Position numbers and translations under genes: made by a program. Positions 30,411-44,229 of a DNA stretch of 64,000 nt are shown piece after piece. The notes beneath the pieces were generated by a model. It was not told the origin of the DNA, did no database searches, and saw only the letters and a program-made list of their open reading frames with translations. The DNA lies in assembly GCF_009914755.1 (NCBI RefSeq), contig NC_060932.1. One strand, given 5' to 3'. The DNA is from the human T2T-CHM13v2.0 reference genome, Homo sapiens. Every line of letters starts with the position of its first letter. Positions within the stretch are counted from its first letter, which is position 1.

Positions 30411-33000
30411 TTGAATTTAATGACCTTCAACAGGAAACAATATTCTGAGTGAAGTAGCATAGCAATTAAGAGAATTTTACTAAAGAGAGGTTAAGAATGA
30501 GTGGGAAAGGATAATGACTGAACAGGACCTCTTAAAATTAAGGAGTCAGGCTGATGAAAGTAACGACAAAATATTCATGAAAAAGCCATGAATCAGGCTG
30601 ACTACACACTTTAGCTTTCAATCATCAGAGGAAGCATATCTGCTCTGTTTAGTTAATTCCTTTACCCAATGATCTTATAGACATATTCCATTCTTTCATT
30701 TTATTTCAATTTATCTGTATTATATTTAATTAATATTTATTTCATAATTATATTTATTTCATTTATTTCAATTTATCCATATTATATTTGGACTCCAAAT
30801 TTGGTTCATGAAACAATATATATGCATCATTATATATGCGATGATTAGTGTAATATGCTTTCAATTTTAAAATCCTATTGAGAAAGACATCTGAAAATGT
30901 TTTTTAATGAAAAATAATGAACCATATATATATATACACATTTTAGGTATTTTATTTATATTTTAATAGCATAGTATATTCTTCATCATAATGTTTCTAT
31001 TCTTTTAAATGTAAGTATTTTGTTTTGTAAAATTTAGATTGTGTCATTTGCAGAATTCTTTAAATGTGTTAAAAATTAGCAAATTGCACATTTATTAAGA
31101 GTGAATTTTGTGTGATACCTTGATACCTTTATAAATCACTTTGAAAAATTAATACTCATGCTTGGTATTAGATCATTACATCAGAATTCTGAGGTCATTT
31201 TCTTCTTGAATCTTGCACATGGTTTGACTGTTTGCACAGACACACACAGAAATACAGATTAAATTTCTCAAAAATGTCAGTTAAAACAAATTTTTACTAT
31301 TTCCCTAAATAGTGTGAATTGTGCCAGAAATTGAGTGGTTTGTTTATTAACTTATGGTTTCCTCTGGATGGCTGTACTGTAGCTACTATGACCTGATTTC
31401 TAAAAGAGAAAACTTTAAACTAGTTCAACTAAAGCCTTACTTTCTTCAACTGATATTCTCTCCAAACTGCCTTTCTCTGCTTATACACCAGTGAGCTGCT
31501 TGTCCTGATGTAGCATTTCCAGGCATCAGCTATTTAGTATTTTGTCTTTTAGTTCAAATTCTCACTCACAGGGATCTCACTGACTCCTGGCTAAAGGAGG
31601 AGGAGAAATCACAAGCACATCAATTGCTCCCTCCTGATCCAATCAGTTTGTGTCTTGATTGTGGCTTCCTATGGCCTCTTAAGCAAGATCTTCAACACAG
31701 CAATGTCATGAGGGCTGGCAGACACTCCAACTGTGTCTACGCAAAGATGAGTAAACCATGTTAGAGTTTAAAAAATCTTATTTTCAGGCAGTGTGAGATA
31801 ATTTGCCCTCAATCAACATGGACTACCTTTACATAGAGAAATAAATTTTAGAAATCATCTGGCGTATTAAATCAATGGAAAATAGGATCTGATAACAAAG
31901 CATTGTCTATTCCAGCTGAAAAAAAAAAAACAAAAGCTTTAAAACTACAAAATTTTTGTAGCACTTATTATTAGTAGCACAAATTTTACATTTCTCATAC
32001 CGTAATTATAATATTTATCTAATTTGTCTTATAGTTTTGCAAATTTACTACCTGCTATTTTGCAAAAAGTATTACATATTATGCTCATTTTTTTCTAGAA
32101 AATGTTGTTAGAATAAATACCTGCTTATTAATGTACTCATCATGACATGTGTATGGTGACTATTTACATGTCATTCTTTTGCCTGGTAAATAATTCTCAC
32201 TTCTTCCTTTCACACTGTGGTAGGTAATCTTTTTTTAGGAAACAGAGTCTGTAATAGTAAGAAGTAAATTTTCTTCCACTTACATTTATATGTGATTTAA
32301 TTATGCTCATAAACATTCATGAGATTTATAGGATGCATCACATCAACTAAGCAAACTGCAGTGTCCCCTGCCTCATTTAAGAATGATTTTTAGTATATCA
32401 TCAAGATTCAAATTACTGTAAAAAAATAAAAAAGTGCCAAGAAAAGAAATCACTGCTGCAGGAAAAGGAATGCTTATTTAGACAATAATCAGTACTACAA
32501 AGAAAGAAAAATCAAAGATAAATTACACAGGTATATCTGAGATCTTTGAAACTAGAGAAGAAAAATGAATATCTTATGGGATGAATATAGGGCACACTAA
32601 AGGGCAGTTTAATAAAACATATTAGAAATGGTCTTGGAATTTTTTTACCTAAAACATTAATATTTTAAACAATAATTCTAAACATATTTTTGTATAGATT
32701 TTTTTCCTGCACTGAAATAGATTCCCTCCTTCATCCTGTTTATCTTTCTAATAAAAAAAGGAAACAAAAACCAAAAAATGTAAAACCAATTTTTTTTCTT
32801 TTCTTTTGGGTTAGCAGTAAAATATATGCATATTTGGTGGTTAAGTGACCTAAAAAATAGGAAATTATTACTAAAATGGATCTAATGGAGACAAAAGTCT
32901 TTTCAGTTTGTCTTATTCATCTTTCTCACTAAATAAGTGCTCACAAATTCAAATATTAGAAGGAAACCTATTCAAAATGTATGTAGATTTGTTTTGGAGG

Positions 33001-33200
33001 GCATAGAATAGTAGTTGATAGCTGAGCATCATCAGAATTCAAGCAAACCTGTACTAGAATCCAACTTTTATACTCTCTGTAACTGTGACCTTACTCAAGT
33101 TACTAACTCTTGCAAGCCCATGTTTTCCCAACTGTAAAGAGGAAATTATAATGATCCAAATAGCAAAAGTTAATTAGAAAATTAAACAAGATAATGCATG
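33001..33200 (+). mobile_element. MIR (MIRb-like)
   Basis: CTGTGACCTTACTCAAGTTACTAACTCT...CAACTGTAAA...ATTAAACAAGATAATGCATGT. Confidence 0.7.
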
Positions 33201-33765
33201 TGTGAGAGATTGATTACAAAAATAATTGTGATTTTTCACTCCATCCTGTATCCTCTACAGTGTGATTTTGAAACTCCTCTCATTAGGCTGTGTTGTCTCT
33301 TTCCCTCTCCTTGAGTGGGCCAATACACTGTGGCAAAAGTAACTGAGTGCTAGTTTTCAGGTTTTGCATAAAGAGTCTTGTAGACTTCTTTCTCTTGAAA
33401 CCTGGCAAACTATCATGAGCATAAGCCCATGCTAGACTACTGGATAATGAGAGAAAATTTGCTCATTCATACCACCCCAGTTGATAACCAGCCAATGACA
33501 AAATATGTTCATAAGGCCATCTTAAAACTGCCAGTTCCTGGATGACCACTAGGTGACTGCAGAGTGTATCTACTGTAGACGGTAGCATGAGCTCACCCAG
33601 ACTCTGGTGTGAATTCTGAGGAGAAGAACCATCCAGTTGAAACTATCTCAAATTGTCCATTAACAGAATTGTACACTACTACTAAATTAGTCTATGATTA
33701 AATTGCCATTGTTTTAAGTCGCAAAGATCGGGGTTATTTGTTATGTAGCAATAGCTAATTGATAA
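33201..33765 (+). mobile_element. MLT1G/F-like MaLR solo LTR
   Basis: Starts TGTGAGAGATTGATTACAAAAAT; ends TGTTTTAAGTC...GGGGTTATTTGTTATGTAGCAATAGCTAATTGATA. Confidence 0.7.
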
Positions 33766-33918
33766 ATCAAAGTACTCAGAACAGTGTATGACACATATTA
33801 AAAATGCAAATATTCCACCTAATACTATCAGAAGTTAAAATTTGCGTTTCAGTTGTTTTCCTAATGAGTAGAAAATGCAAACTTTTTAAATTAGTATTTA
33901 CTAAAAAGTTAACACACA

Positions 33919-34288
<370 letters not shown>

Positions 34289-34936
34289 TTAATTGTTTGC
34301 AAAGCTTTCTTTTTGATGTTTACATTTTTAATATCCAATGCTGCATTTATTTAATTGAAGTTAATTTTAATGTCTGGATTAACATTCTTACTTCTCTGGG
34401 TAAAGCTTCAGTATCCTTTCATCTCAGATAATACTTTAACACATCACTCTGACAAACACATGTGGTAAAAAATTTATATTTAGTCCTTCATATCAACTAA
34501 GAACTTTCAGTTTTCAGTTGTTTCATGAGTAAGCAGATATCCCAAGGGACCAACTACCAAAGGAACAAAAAAAAGGATAGATTCTGGAACAACAATCTAC
34601 TTTTCGAAGTTCACCTCATAGGAAGCTTCAGATAATGTCAAAGCTTCTTCGAAGATCTGAAAGTAAAATTAATCCTTAAATTTAAAAAATCTGACATTTA
34701 ACTAAAGTTAAAAGTGAAAAAATTTCCCAAGTTTTATAAATTAAATGTGTCATTTGTGATTCTTAGGGCTCATTGTCCTCAGCTAACTTGGTTAATTGAT
34801 TATGAAACTAAATGCAATGTTGACAATCTTTTCAATAATGAGTTAACTCCTACTGTCCTGTTTGAGTCATTTCAATGTTTACTATTCACCCTACATTTTC
34901 ATTGACATCCCTGAGGACTTATTTCAAGGTGAGAAT

Positions 34937-34959
34937 TATATATATATATATATATATAT
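34937..34959. repeat. (TA)n microsatellite
   Basis: About 11 TA units. Confidence 0.9.
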
Positions 34960-35262
34960 GAGATGGGAATAAAAAGAAAGCAGAGAAAAAGATGTCAAAA
35001 GATATCTTCAAACTTACTATTAGAAAAGGACTTTTACAATTTTCTGCCACCTTGACATTTCTGTTTATAAAAATAACATAAGCAGCACATAGTGGTATTT
35101 ATCTTGAAGGACTATAAAATTAGTATAACTTTTATCAATCATAATTAAATAAGTGAAGATATATAATTACAGGAGGTCAAGTAAGGGCTAATAATTATCC
35201 ATAGCTTGTAATGTTAAGCTTTTTTCCACATAAGGGCATGGGTATAAAAAGTTGCGTATTTT

Positions 35263-35548
<286 letters not shown>

Positions 35549-35559
35549 CTAACAATTTA

Positions 35560-36560
35560 GCATGCCATGGTTTCATAGATGCTGGTTTCATAAATGCTGG
35601 AAGATAGCACAACTTTTTGACACAAGACTTGTTGCTTACGGAAATAGTAGTTTGTGTACCAGCATTTTTGTACCAGCTTTCTGAGTCCCAAATTCATGGA
35701 CAATGTGAGGAGGGTGAAATGGTATCTACATAATAGTGGATTGTGTGTTCCTTGAGCTTAGGGAGCCCAAATCTTTCATAATGGGCAATAACTTGCCTGC
35801 CTGTATAGTTTTCTGTAATACTAACAAATTACCACAAATTAAGAATCTTGAAACAACAGAAATTATAATTTCACAAGTTTTATAGGTCAGATGTCATGGC
35901 ATAGAATGGATGGGTTCTTTGTTCTGGGTCTTACCAGGTTGAAATTAAGGTGTCACTTGGGCTGTAGTTATTATTTGGGGTTCAGAGGTCTGTTCGAAGC
36001 TTCTGGCTATTGAAACAATGTGTTTTCTTGCAGTTACAGGACTGAGGTTCCCATTTTCCTGTTAGTGATTGGTAGGGATATATCTCAGCTCCTAGAAGCT
36101 GCCCACAGTTTCTCACAGTGTGGTCCACAGAGGCAATTCAAAAAATGGATGTTTGGTTTCTTTCAGGTCACCCACTATGAGTTTCTCTGATTTTTTTTGT
36201 AATATCTGCATTTAAAAGGCTTACCTGATTAGGTCATACTTGTCCAGGATAAAGTCCCTTTTGCCTCATAATGTAACGTGATTGCAGCAGTGATATCTCA
36301 CTATATACAGAGGCTCTTCACACACTCAAAAGGGAGGAGTTCATAGAGAGAGATGTGTCATCAGAAGACATCTTAGAATTTGGCCTGCCACATTGGCTTT
36401 TTCTCAGGTAGGAGACACTATCTATATCTTCCAAAGAGGTAATCAAGCATGTCCTTCACTTCTTGGGGAGAATTATGTATATCTTCCAGTGTAGAATTTG
36501 TCTACATCACTGAAAGATGAGGAATAGCAATGGCACTGGGAAAGAAAGCTGCAGACACTG
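35560..36560 (-). mobile_element. ERVL-type LTR (MER76/LTR47-like), split by an MLT1E insertion
   Basis: TTCATAAATGCTGGAAGA...CTTTCTGAGTCCCAA...AAATCTTTCATAATGGGC, resuming after 36392 with GGAGACACTATCTATATCTTCCAA; similar to 37632-38185. Confidence 0.55.
35802..36392 (-). mobile_element. MLT1E-like solo LTR
   Basis: TGTATAGTTTTCT...TAACAAATTACCACAAA...AGGACTGAGGTTCCCATTTTCCTG...CACACTCAAAGGGGAGG...CATCTTAGAATTTGGCCTGCCACA. Confidence 0.8.
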
Positions 36561-37631
36561 CAACATGTTTACATGGCAAGTTTAGATTTTAGAGCCATCC
36601 TTGCTTACTTTGATAGACTTATGAGAAAAGTTAACATAACTCAATCAAATCATTACCAGTCATCTGACAATTGACGGCTGATCTAGATAAGTCAATTAAA
36701 TTTAAAGCAATTGAGACTGTTTAGGAGAGATATGCCAGGTCATTTTCCTTAATGAGGAATGTTCTAAGGCAGTTAACAATTCTGGATGATAAATGTCATT
36801 AATACGCCTCTCTCCTTGATAAATCTTGGTATCTGAGATGTTAAGTTCTAAGATTGTTGTTCTTCTACTGTAAAAAAAAATAGTGTGTGCCATTCTAGTA
36901 GCAAATAATTTGCATATTGTTTCCAATCGACCCTATATATACCCAGACACTTTGTCCAATGTCAAGTGAAGGAGAGACAAGGGAATTTTTACAAAATTCA
37001 TAAATACCCATGTAAGCATATGTAGAGATGCATGGTGCACAGTATACTCAAACATAAAATTATTATCCTTATGATCTAGGACCATGAGAATTCAATAGGA
37101 AATCCAGGTAGTAAACTGGAATTAAGTCATAATTTTCTAGGCTTCCCTCTGGACAGCCTGCCACCCAGATGGTATTTGAACAAGTCCAACCAGGGATTGT
37201 CAGTAGGTAAGAAAGATATATGATGCCCCAAAATAGTCTGAGCAGAATCTCAAATTCATAAAATAGATGTTTTATGAATTCCTATCACTTTTGTTGTGAT
37301 TATTATTCAGAAACCAGCCGATATAATGTGTTCTCTTTCTGAGGACATCCACATTTAGTGACCAACTTGCCTTACTAAGGTAGAGAACCAGAAGGAAATG
37401 ATGAAGGTAGAATCAGAACTGTTTTTGAGTCAATTACTGAGAAAGCCATTTCAATACTCCACAAGACTGGATGACTGTGGAAGGTAGGAGACATGGACAA
37501 TTTGCCTATAACCCCATTATTGTGGTTTTTCTTTGTTTTTTGTTTGTTTTGTTTTTTGCAATAAAGTGTTAGATTACAAATAGTCTGTGAAGCAAAAACA
37601 TGACAAAGATTAGTTTTAAGGGCTACAGTGG

Positions 37632-38185
37632 TGTAGCCAGAATCAACCAAAATTCTAATGAATGCTGGTAGAAGACATGAGACTCTTGAGTCAGAGAGGG
37701 ACAGCTTATTGCTCAGAGCAAAAGCAGTAGTCATAGTATCAGGATTCTTTTTCTGGTTTCTTGAACCCCAGTGACTACAGAGTGAGGTAAAAGCCAGTTA
37801 ACACCTGCACACACAGTGAGTTGCTTTACAGGGAAAGAACACTGATCTTGGAGAACTCATAGCTTTTACAATATAAATTAAACATTTATTTGCCTTCAAG
37901 GAATGCATTAGCTGTAAGATTCTTGATAGTAGCCTTTGCCTTTTTACTGGAGGGAGAGTGTAACTCCTCTAAGACTGCAGGAAAACTTGTTTATTTTTAT
38001 AAGTCACTATATAAACATTACGTCTGTAACTCAAGTTTGTTCACTAGAAAGATATCCTTGAAGAGATAGTCTAGGACAAAAGGGAGCACATGTCTTCCTT
38101 ACAAGATCTACCAGGCAAAAAATAAAAACAAAAACAACAACCAAAAACAAAACATGATAGACCCATGTAGAACTGTCTTCCAACA
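37632..38185 (-). mobile_element. ERVL-type solo LTR (MER76/LTR47-like)
   Basis: TG...CA ends; minus strand begins TGTTGGAAGACAGTTCTACATGGGTCT; contains AATAAG-type signal and GACTCAAGAGTCTCATGTCTTCTACCAGCATTCAT near its 3' end. Confidence 0.7.
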
Positions 38186-40238
38186 CTATTTTGAAATAAT
38201 ATAAATTAAGGACTCAACTCTTGAGCCTTTAATCAGTATTTGGCTAGGTAAATACATCTACATGTTTTCATGTAGCAATTTCATCACATTTAATTAAATC
38301 CAATTTGCAATTTATATTATTATTTTTATTCAGCTTTTGCAATCGGTTGTCAGAATCGGTTCTCATGAAAACATCTATGAATAAAGAAAACTATTTAGTA
38401 TCCTCACAAGTGGCTGTGCAAAAGGCAAGTCTGGATCATGGCAAATCCATTCACTGTAGGACAAAATGATGAATATTTTGGATGGCTTCCTGTTATCTGT
38501 ACTAATTGAGTTGTCTAACTAGTTGAAAATGCAGAACTCATTTTTTTATATATGATCTTAGAGCTGACAAGCTCATTCCTGGTTTTTCCAGAATATGTTT
38601 CCCTTTTTTTTCTCTCAACAGGAAGTATTACCAAGTTAAAAAAAATGAAATTGATATATTCTTCAAATTTGTAGTTTAATAGAAGATCTGTAGTTATTGG
38701 ATCACAACACTTCAATTCCAATCTACTGCTTTATAATCCATCAGGAGTACTCAGTTATAATAAATATATCCTAGTAACAGATGACTGTTTGTCTATTATT
38801 TTATTATATTGGCCCCAAACTTCACTTCAGTTACCATTGACAAAATAAGTGTTAACTATAGAATATATTTTCCCATGGTATGATACATTTCAAGTGAATT
38901 TTTAAACATGAATAAGTCAAAACTTATATAAAGCCATAAAAAGCGAGGGAAATTTTCTGATAAGAAAATTTGTTTATTTAATGGTAGTACCAAATAAGCA
39001 TAAAAACTGCCCATTGCACACAGATAGATCTTGGTACAAATGCAATTCTTTTGTCAATTGAGATCTGGATAATGTAAGGGACTCAGGTGGGAGAAGGAAA
39101 GGAAAGAATTGACAATGACTTGTGTCAGGTTAGCCTGCAGTCTCCTTGGGGGTTCTGTAACTACTCCTTGCAGAAATATATTTTACTAAGTTTCTTTTGA
39201 AGTAGAAGCAAGCACTCAGCACTTCAGGAGATAAAGAGAGATTAAAGAAAGGTGGAAGATGACACCTCAGAGTGAGCAGAAAGAAAAATCACTATGGCAA
39301 CTCTTTTTAAATTTAGCATATTCTTGGACTGTTTTAAGTCAGGAAGTCTTTTGGTACTTAATGCAAATCAATAGCAGTGGAAGAATCTGAAATTTCAAAA
39401 ATCAAATGTACAATTATAATTATTTCAAGTGGGATGATTTTTCAGAAGTATAAAGATACATCTTAAGAATGCAACATAATAACCCAGTCATTTAATGAAT
39501 TATGTGTGACCTGACTATTGATTTATGATCAACATTTAGACTCAGTAGTATAAAAATATTTAAAATGTAGAATATTAATAGTATTCCCAATTAATCGTGA
39601 AAAATATGAATATATTTACATTTAAAACAATATTCTATAATACAGTGATAAAATTAAAATGTTAAAATAATAATAACAATGCATTCATGAAGGGAAAGGA
39701 AAGGATGAGACAATCACAGCATTGATAAAAACAGAAAATAATTTAAAAATCAGAAAAGAAAAAGAGAAAACCCATTTTCTAAGCTCTAATATGGAAGATG
39801 ATCTATGGAACGTACAAGACAGAAAGAGCAAGGAGCAAATAGTTCCTCATATAATCACAGAAAACTATATTACTTCACCTCTTCTTGTTCTCATTCCACT
39901 TGCCAATAATGCCTAGGAGAAGGAGAAAAAAATTATAGAGATACAAAGTACACCTTTTAATGTATTTAGCACTTTTATTCTAAAGTGGATATAAAATAAT
40001 CTAGCCTCTTAATGGAGCATATCCTGATATGATAACCTTCATTTGGTGTACAGAATAAGACATATTTGAGAAGATCATGACTTATAGAGGTAGAGCAAGT
40101 TTTCTAATCTTATTTTTCTTAAAGAAAATGCCTTGGTCAATTTTAGCTGTTAGATTTCTGTAGAAATTTTAGGATTGTCACAGCCATTTCCATGAAACAT
40201 CATGCTGTGTTTTTGAATGAAAATTGACTGACTCTAGT

Positions 40239-40376
40239 TAGGGGGTGGCCATATAACCAGGCTTGCCTGGAACATTCAAAATTTACTCTATTGTCCTGGT
40301 GTAAGTATTTATAGCATCACATTTCACTTTTTAGAAGTTACACAGAATATAATAAATCATACTGATAATTCATCTA
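40239..40376. mobile_element. MER94-like hAT-Blackjack MITE
   Basis: TAGGGGGTGGCCATATAACCAGGCTTGCCTGGAACA...TTGTCCTGGTGTAA...ATAGCATCACATTTCAC. Confidence 0.65.
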
Positions 40377-40539
40377 ATTACTACATAGTAATAAATCAAA
40401 ATAATTTATAGATTATTTTGACAATAGTTCACATCTTCACAAAATTGGTGTTCTAAAACATGACATCATATTTCTCATAACTGAGTATTCAGATATTGCT
40501 CAATATTTTTCTCAATAATTTATTGCAGTTTTTTATGGT

Positions 40540-41460
40540 GGGATCTTGTTAGATTTCTTCCAACATATATGTTACATGAAGTTTTGAATAACATAAATTA
40601 TATGCAGTACTGAATAAAAATAGTGATACCATATTGTGAGATTTCCTAATGCAGGGAAATTGATTTTGAATTTTAAGTATTATGTTTGATGTTTTCCATA
40701 AGCTTTTTCTTGTACGTAACGTTCAATTCACTAAAGGACGTACCTCCTAGAAATGACAGTTTCTGTGAATTTGCTATTACTATGAATTTGAATTTTATCA
40801 GATACTTGTATAAAATGGAGATCACGTGAATTCTTATGTTGTGATATAATTTATGTATTGAGTTTTGAAAACTAACTCAAACTCGCAATAATGGGATTAA
40901 CCCATCATGGCATATTATTTTTTTAATCTAAAACTGTATTGGCTTGATAACATTTTATTTAGCATTTCTGCATTTATATCCATAAGTGAAATTGGCCTCA
41001 AAACTTTTCAGAGGTCAATATTTAGAAATATTTTACAAATGTTCTATCTTCGTCTGTTTACCAAAGAAATTTGCATAATACTGCTCTTATTTCCACCTTA
41101 TATATTTGAAGTAACTTACTGATGTAGTTGTCTTGGCCTGGAGATTCATTTTGTGGTAGAGAGCAAATTAAAGAAAAATTTTGCTTAATAGATCTAGGAA
41201 TATTCAAATTTTCTACTTATTTTTACAGTTTGAATTTTTCCAAAAATTTGTTTATTTTACTTAAATTTTCAAATTTACAAGCACGACATTCTTGGTGATA
41301 TTATTTCATTCTTTTTAATGTCAGTAAAATCTTCAGTAATATTTCCGTTTTAACTTCTGCTACTACTAATTTCCTTTCTCTCTCTCTTCTCAGCTAATCA
41401 GAGGTTCATTGCTTTGGCTCATTTTTCCAAGGACAAAGATTGTTTGTGGCATATTTATTT
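40540..41460 (-). mobile_element. Old L1ME-type ORF2 fragment
   Basis: ATTTTATTTAGCATTTCTGCATTTATATCCATAAGTGAAATTGGCCT; TGGCCTGGAGATT. Confidence 0.6.
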
Positions 41461-41560
41461 TATACTTGAAAATTACTGAAAGAGTAGATTTTAAGTGTTC
41501 TCACCACAAAAAATAAGCATGTGAAATAATAAATGCATTCATTAAATTGATTTAGCCCTT
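41460..41560 (+). mobile_element. L1MA 3'UTR fragment
   Basis: TATACTTGAAAATTACTGAAAGAGTAGATTTTAAGTGTTCTCACCACAAAAAA. Confidence 0.75.
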
Positions 41561-41759
41561 AAGAAATAATCCAATTAAAATGCAATAATGTCTAAAGAAA
41601 TTTTACTTTTAATTATAAACTATCTTTAACAAACTTTAAAGATAATTAAAGAGTTTGAAAGTAAAAAAATACAGTGACGATAAATTTGATTTAAATATAC
41701 AAATTCATTGTTTTCTCTTTGTTCTGTTTTATATTTCGTTTTCTTTCTATTCTTGTCTT

Positions 41760-42070
<311 letters not shown>

Positions 42071-42321
42071 TGTTGTCTTCTTTTTAATTAAAATTGTATT
42101 TTTATTATTTCATTTTAATCTTATGCACTTTTAGTTAAAATATGTTGATGCACTTTTAATAGTAACACTGAAAATTACAACATGCATCTTTGGCTTATAA
42201 AATATTAATTTGAACACTTTTAACACTTCCCAGGCCGTACAAGACATTAGAAACACCTAAGATCCATATACCTCCTCCTGCATTTTCTGCAATTGTTGCC
42301 ATGCATTTGAAAGTCCATATA

Positions 42322-42668
42322 TAATTGTATCTCAGTATCCCGAGGAGATTAGTTCTAGAACCCATTCCCATTGATATCAAAATCCATGGATGCTAAAGCT
42401 CTTATATAAAATGGCATAATATTTACATATAACCTACACACATCCTATGGTTTACTTTAAATCACCTTTAAATTGCTTATAATACCTAACACACAAGATA
42501 AATGCTTTGTAAATACTTCTTATACTGTACTGCATTATTTTTAATTTGTGTTATATTTTATTGCAGTAATGTTATTTTGTTTTTTTGCTTTGTTTGTTTT
42601 TTAATATTTTCATTTCATGGTTGGTTGAATCAGCAGATGCAGAACCCATGGATAGGGAGGGCCAACTG
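42322..42668 (+). mobile_element. MER2 Tigger MITE
   Basis: CTCAGTATCCCGAGGAGATTAGTTC...TATAAAATGGCATAATATTTACATATAACCTACACACATCC...GCAGAACCCATGGATAGGGAGGGCCAACTG; TA flanks. Confidence 0.88.
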
Positions 42669-43204
42669 TATAGTTGAATTCCACAAAACATTATTATTTA
42701 TGTTTTAGGCAGTCAGTGTTCATTTATATTTACCTAAATATTTATTTTTTCATTTATCTTCATTTTTTTATTGCATTAAATGTTTCCTCCTTTGATCATT
42801 TGTCTTCTTTTAGGAGAAAACAAAATTCTTTCTTATACCTTACTGTTGTTTTTCATGAGTCTTCTCCTTAATTTTAAAAGTTATTGAGTATTTTTATTAT
42901 AACCACAATTCCATCACCACACCTATTTGATATTTAACAATAACAACTTAATTTCATCAAATATCTACCCATTGTTCATCTAATTGTTTCATAAATGTCA
43001 GAAATACCTTTCTGACCAATCATTTGACTCAGAATACAAATACACTGCTATTGTTTAGCTGCATTTAACATTTATTTCAATATATGGTTGTTCCCTCCAT
43101 CTCTCTTGATTTTCCTTGCAATTTTTTTATGAGTAAACTATTTATTTGTCCAGTAGAATTTTATATATTCTGGATCTTAGTGACTGCATCCCATGGAAAC
43201 ATTA

Positions 43205-43464
<260 letters not shown>

Positions 43465-43518
43465 TTATGTCTTCAAAAGTGTTACATTCATTATGATTAA
43501 TCATATGTAGATCTATTA

Positions 43519-43554
43519 TTAGGTTGGTGCAAAAGTCATTGTGATTTTTGCCAT
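43519..43554 (+). mobile_element. Half MADE1 / solo Hsmar1 terminal inverted repeat
   Basis: TTAGGTTGGTGCAAAAGTCATTGTGATTTTTGCCAT, preceded by TA; no second arm. Confidence 0.85.
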
Positions 43555-43822
43555 AATCATTATCTTTGATTTTTGCAAGACAACTGTATCAGCAGTGTAA
43601 GATTCTTTAATTAGCAGACACATAATCTCTCTTTGTGATTTTAGCATCAACTGATATGTAGTGCCTATTAATTCACTTGAGGTTGAAAAATAAAAGTATT
43701 GTAATTCTATTATTTTTATTCATTTATTAGCTGGAATACTTCTATAACGAAAGCCTACTACTCAACAACTATTTCTTGAATAGAAAAGGCTCTAGAGAAA
43801 AATGGATTTTTCTTATCATTTT

Positions 43823-44202
43823 TGTTGTTGGCAGAATTCAGTTTCTTGCAATTATTATATAAGACAGAAAGTCCCCGTTTTCTGGCTGTGTGCAAGTCTT
43901 TTCCAACCTCAAGAGACAGCTATCACTCATGGTCCACTTCTTCCATCTTCAAAGCCAGCAACAGCATGTAGAGTACTTCTCAGGCCAAATCTCTTTGAAC
44001 TCAATGGGAAAGGTTTTCTGCTTCTTAGAATTCATGTGATTACATTGGACCTATTCAAAGTGTCCAGGATAATTTTCCCATCTTTAGATCCATGCCCTTA
44101 ATCACATCTGCAAAATTCCATTTGTCACATAAATAACATATTCACAGGTTTTAGAGATTATGGCATGGGTAAATTTGTGGGGCCATTATTCTGACTAGCA
44201 TA
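43823..44202 (-). mobile_element. MLT1D-like LTR (partial)
   Basis: GTTGTTGGCAGAATTCAGTTTCTTGC...CCATCTTCAAAGCCAGCAA...TTAATCACATCTGCAAA...GGGGCCATTATTCTG. Confidence 0.8.
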
Positions 44203-44229
44203 CACTGAAAAAAAATCCTCCTCAAAATT

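Noticed and set aside
37621-37638. GGCTACA/TGTAGCC hairpin at the LTR edge
   Set aside because: A 7-bp stem is expected by chance in 64 kb.
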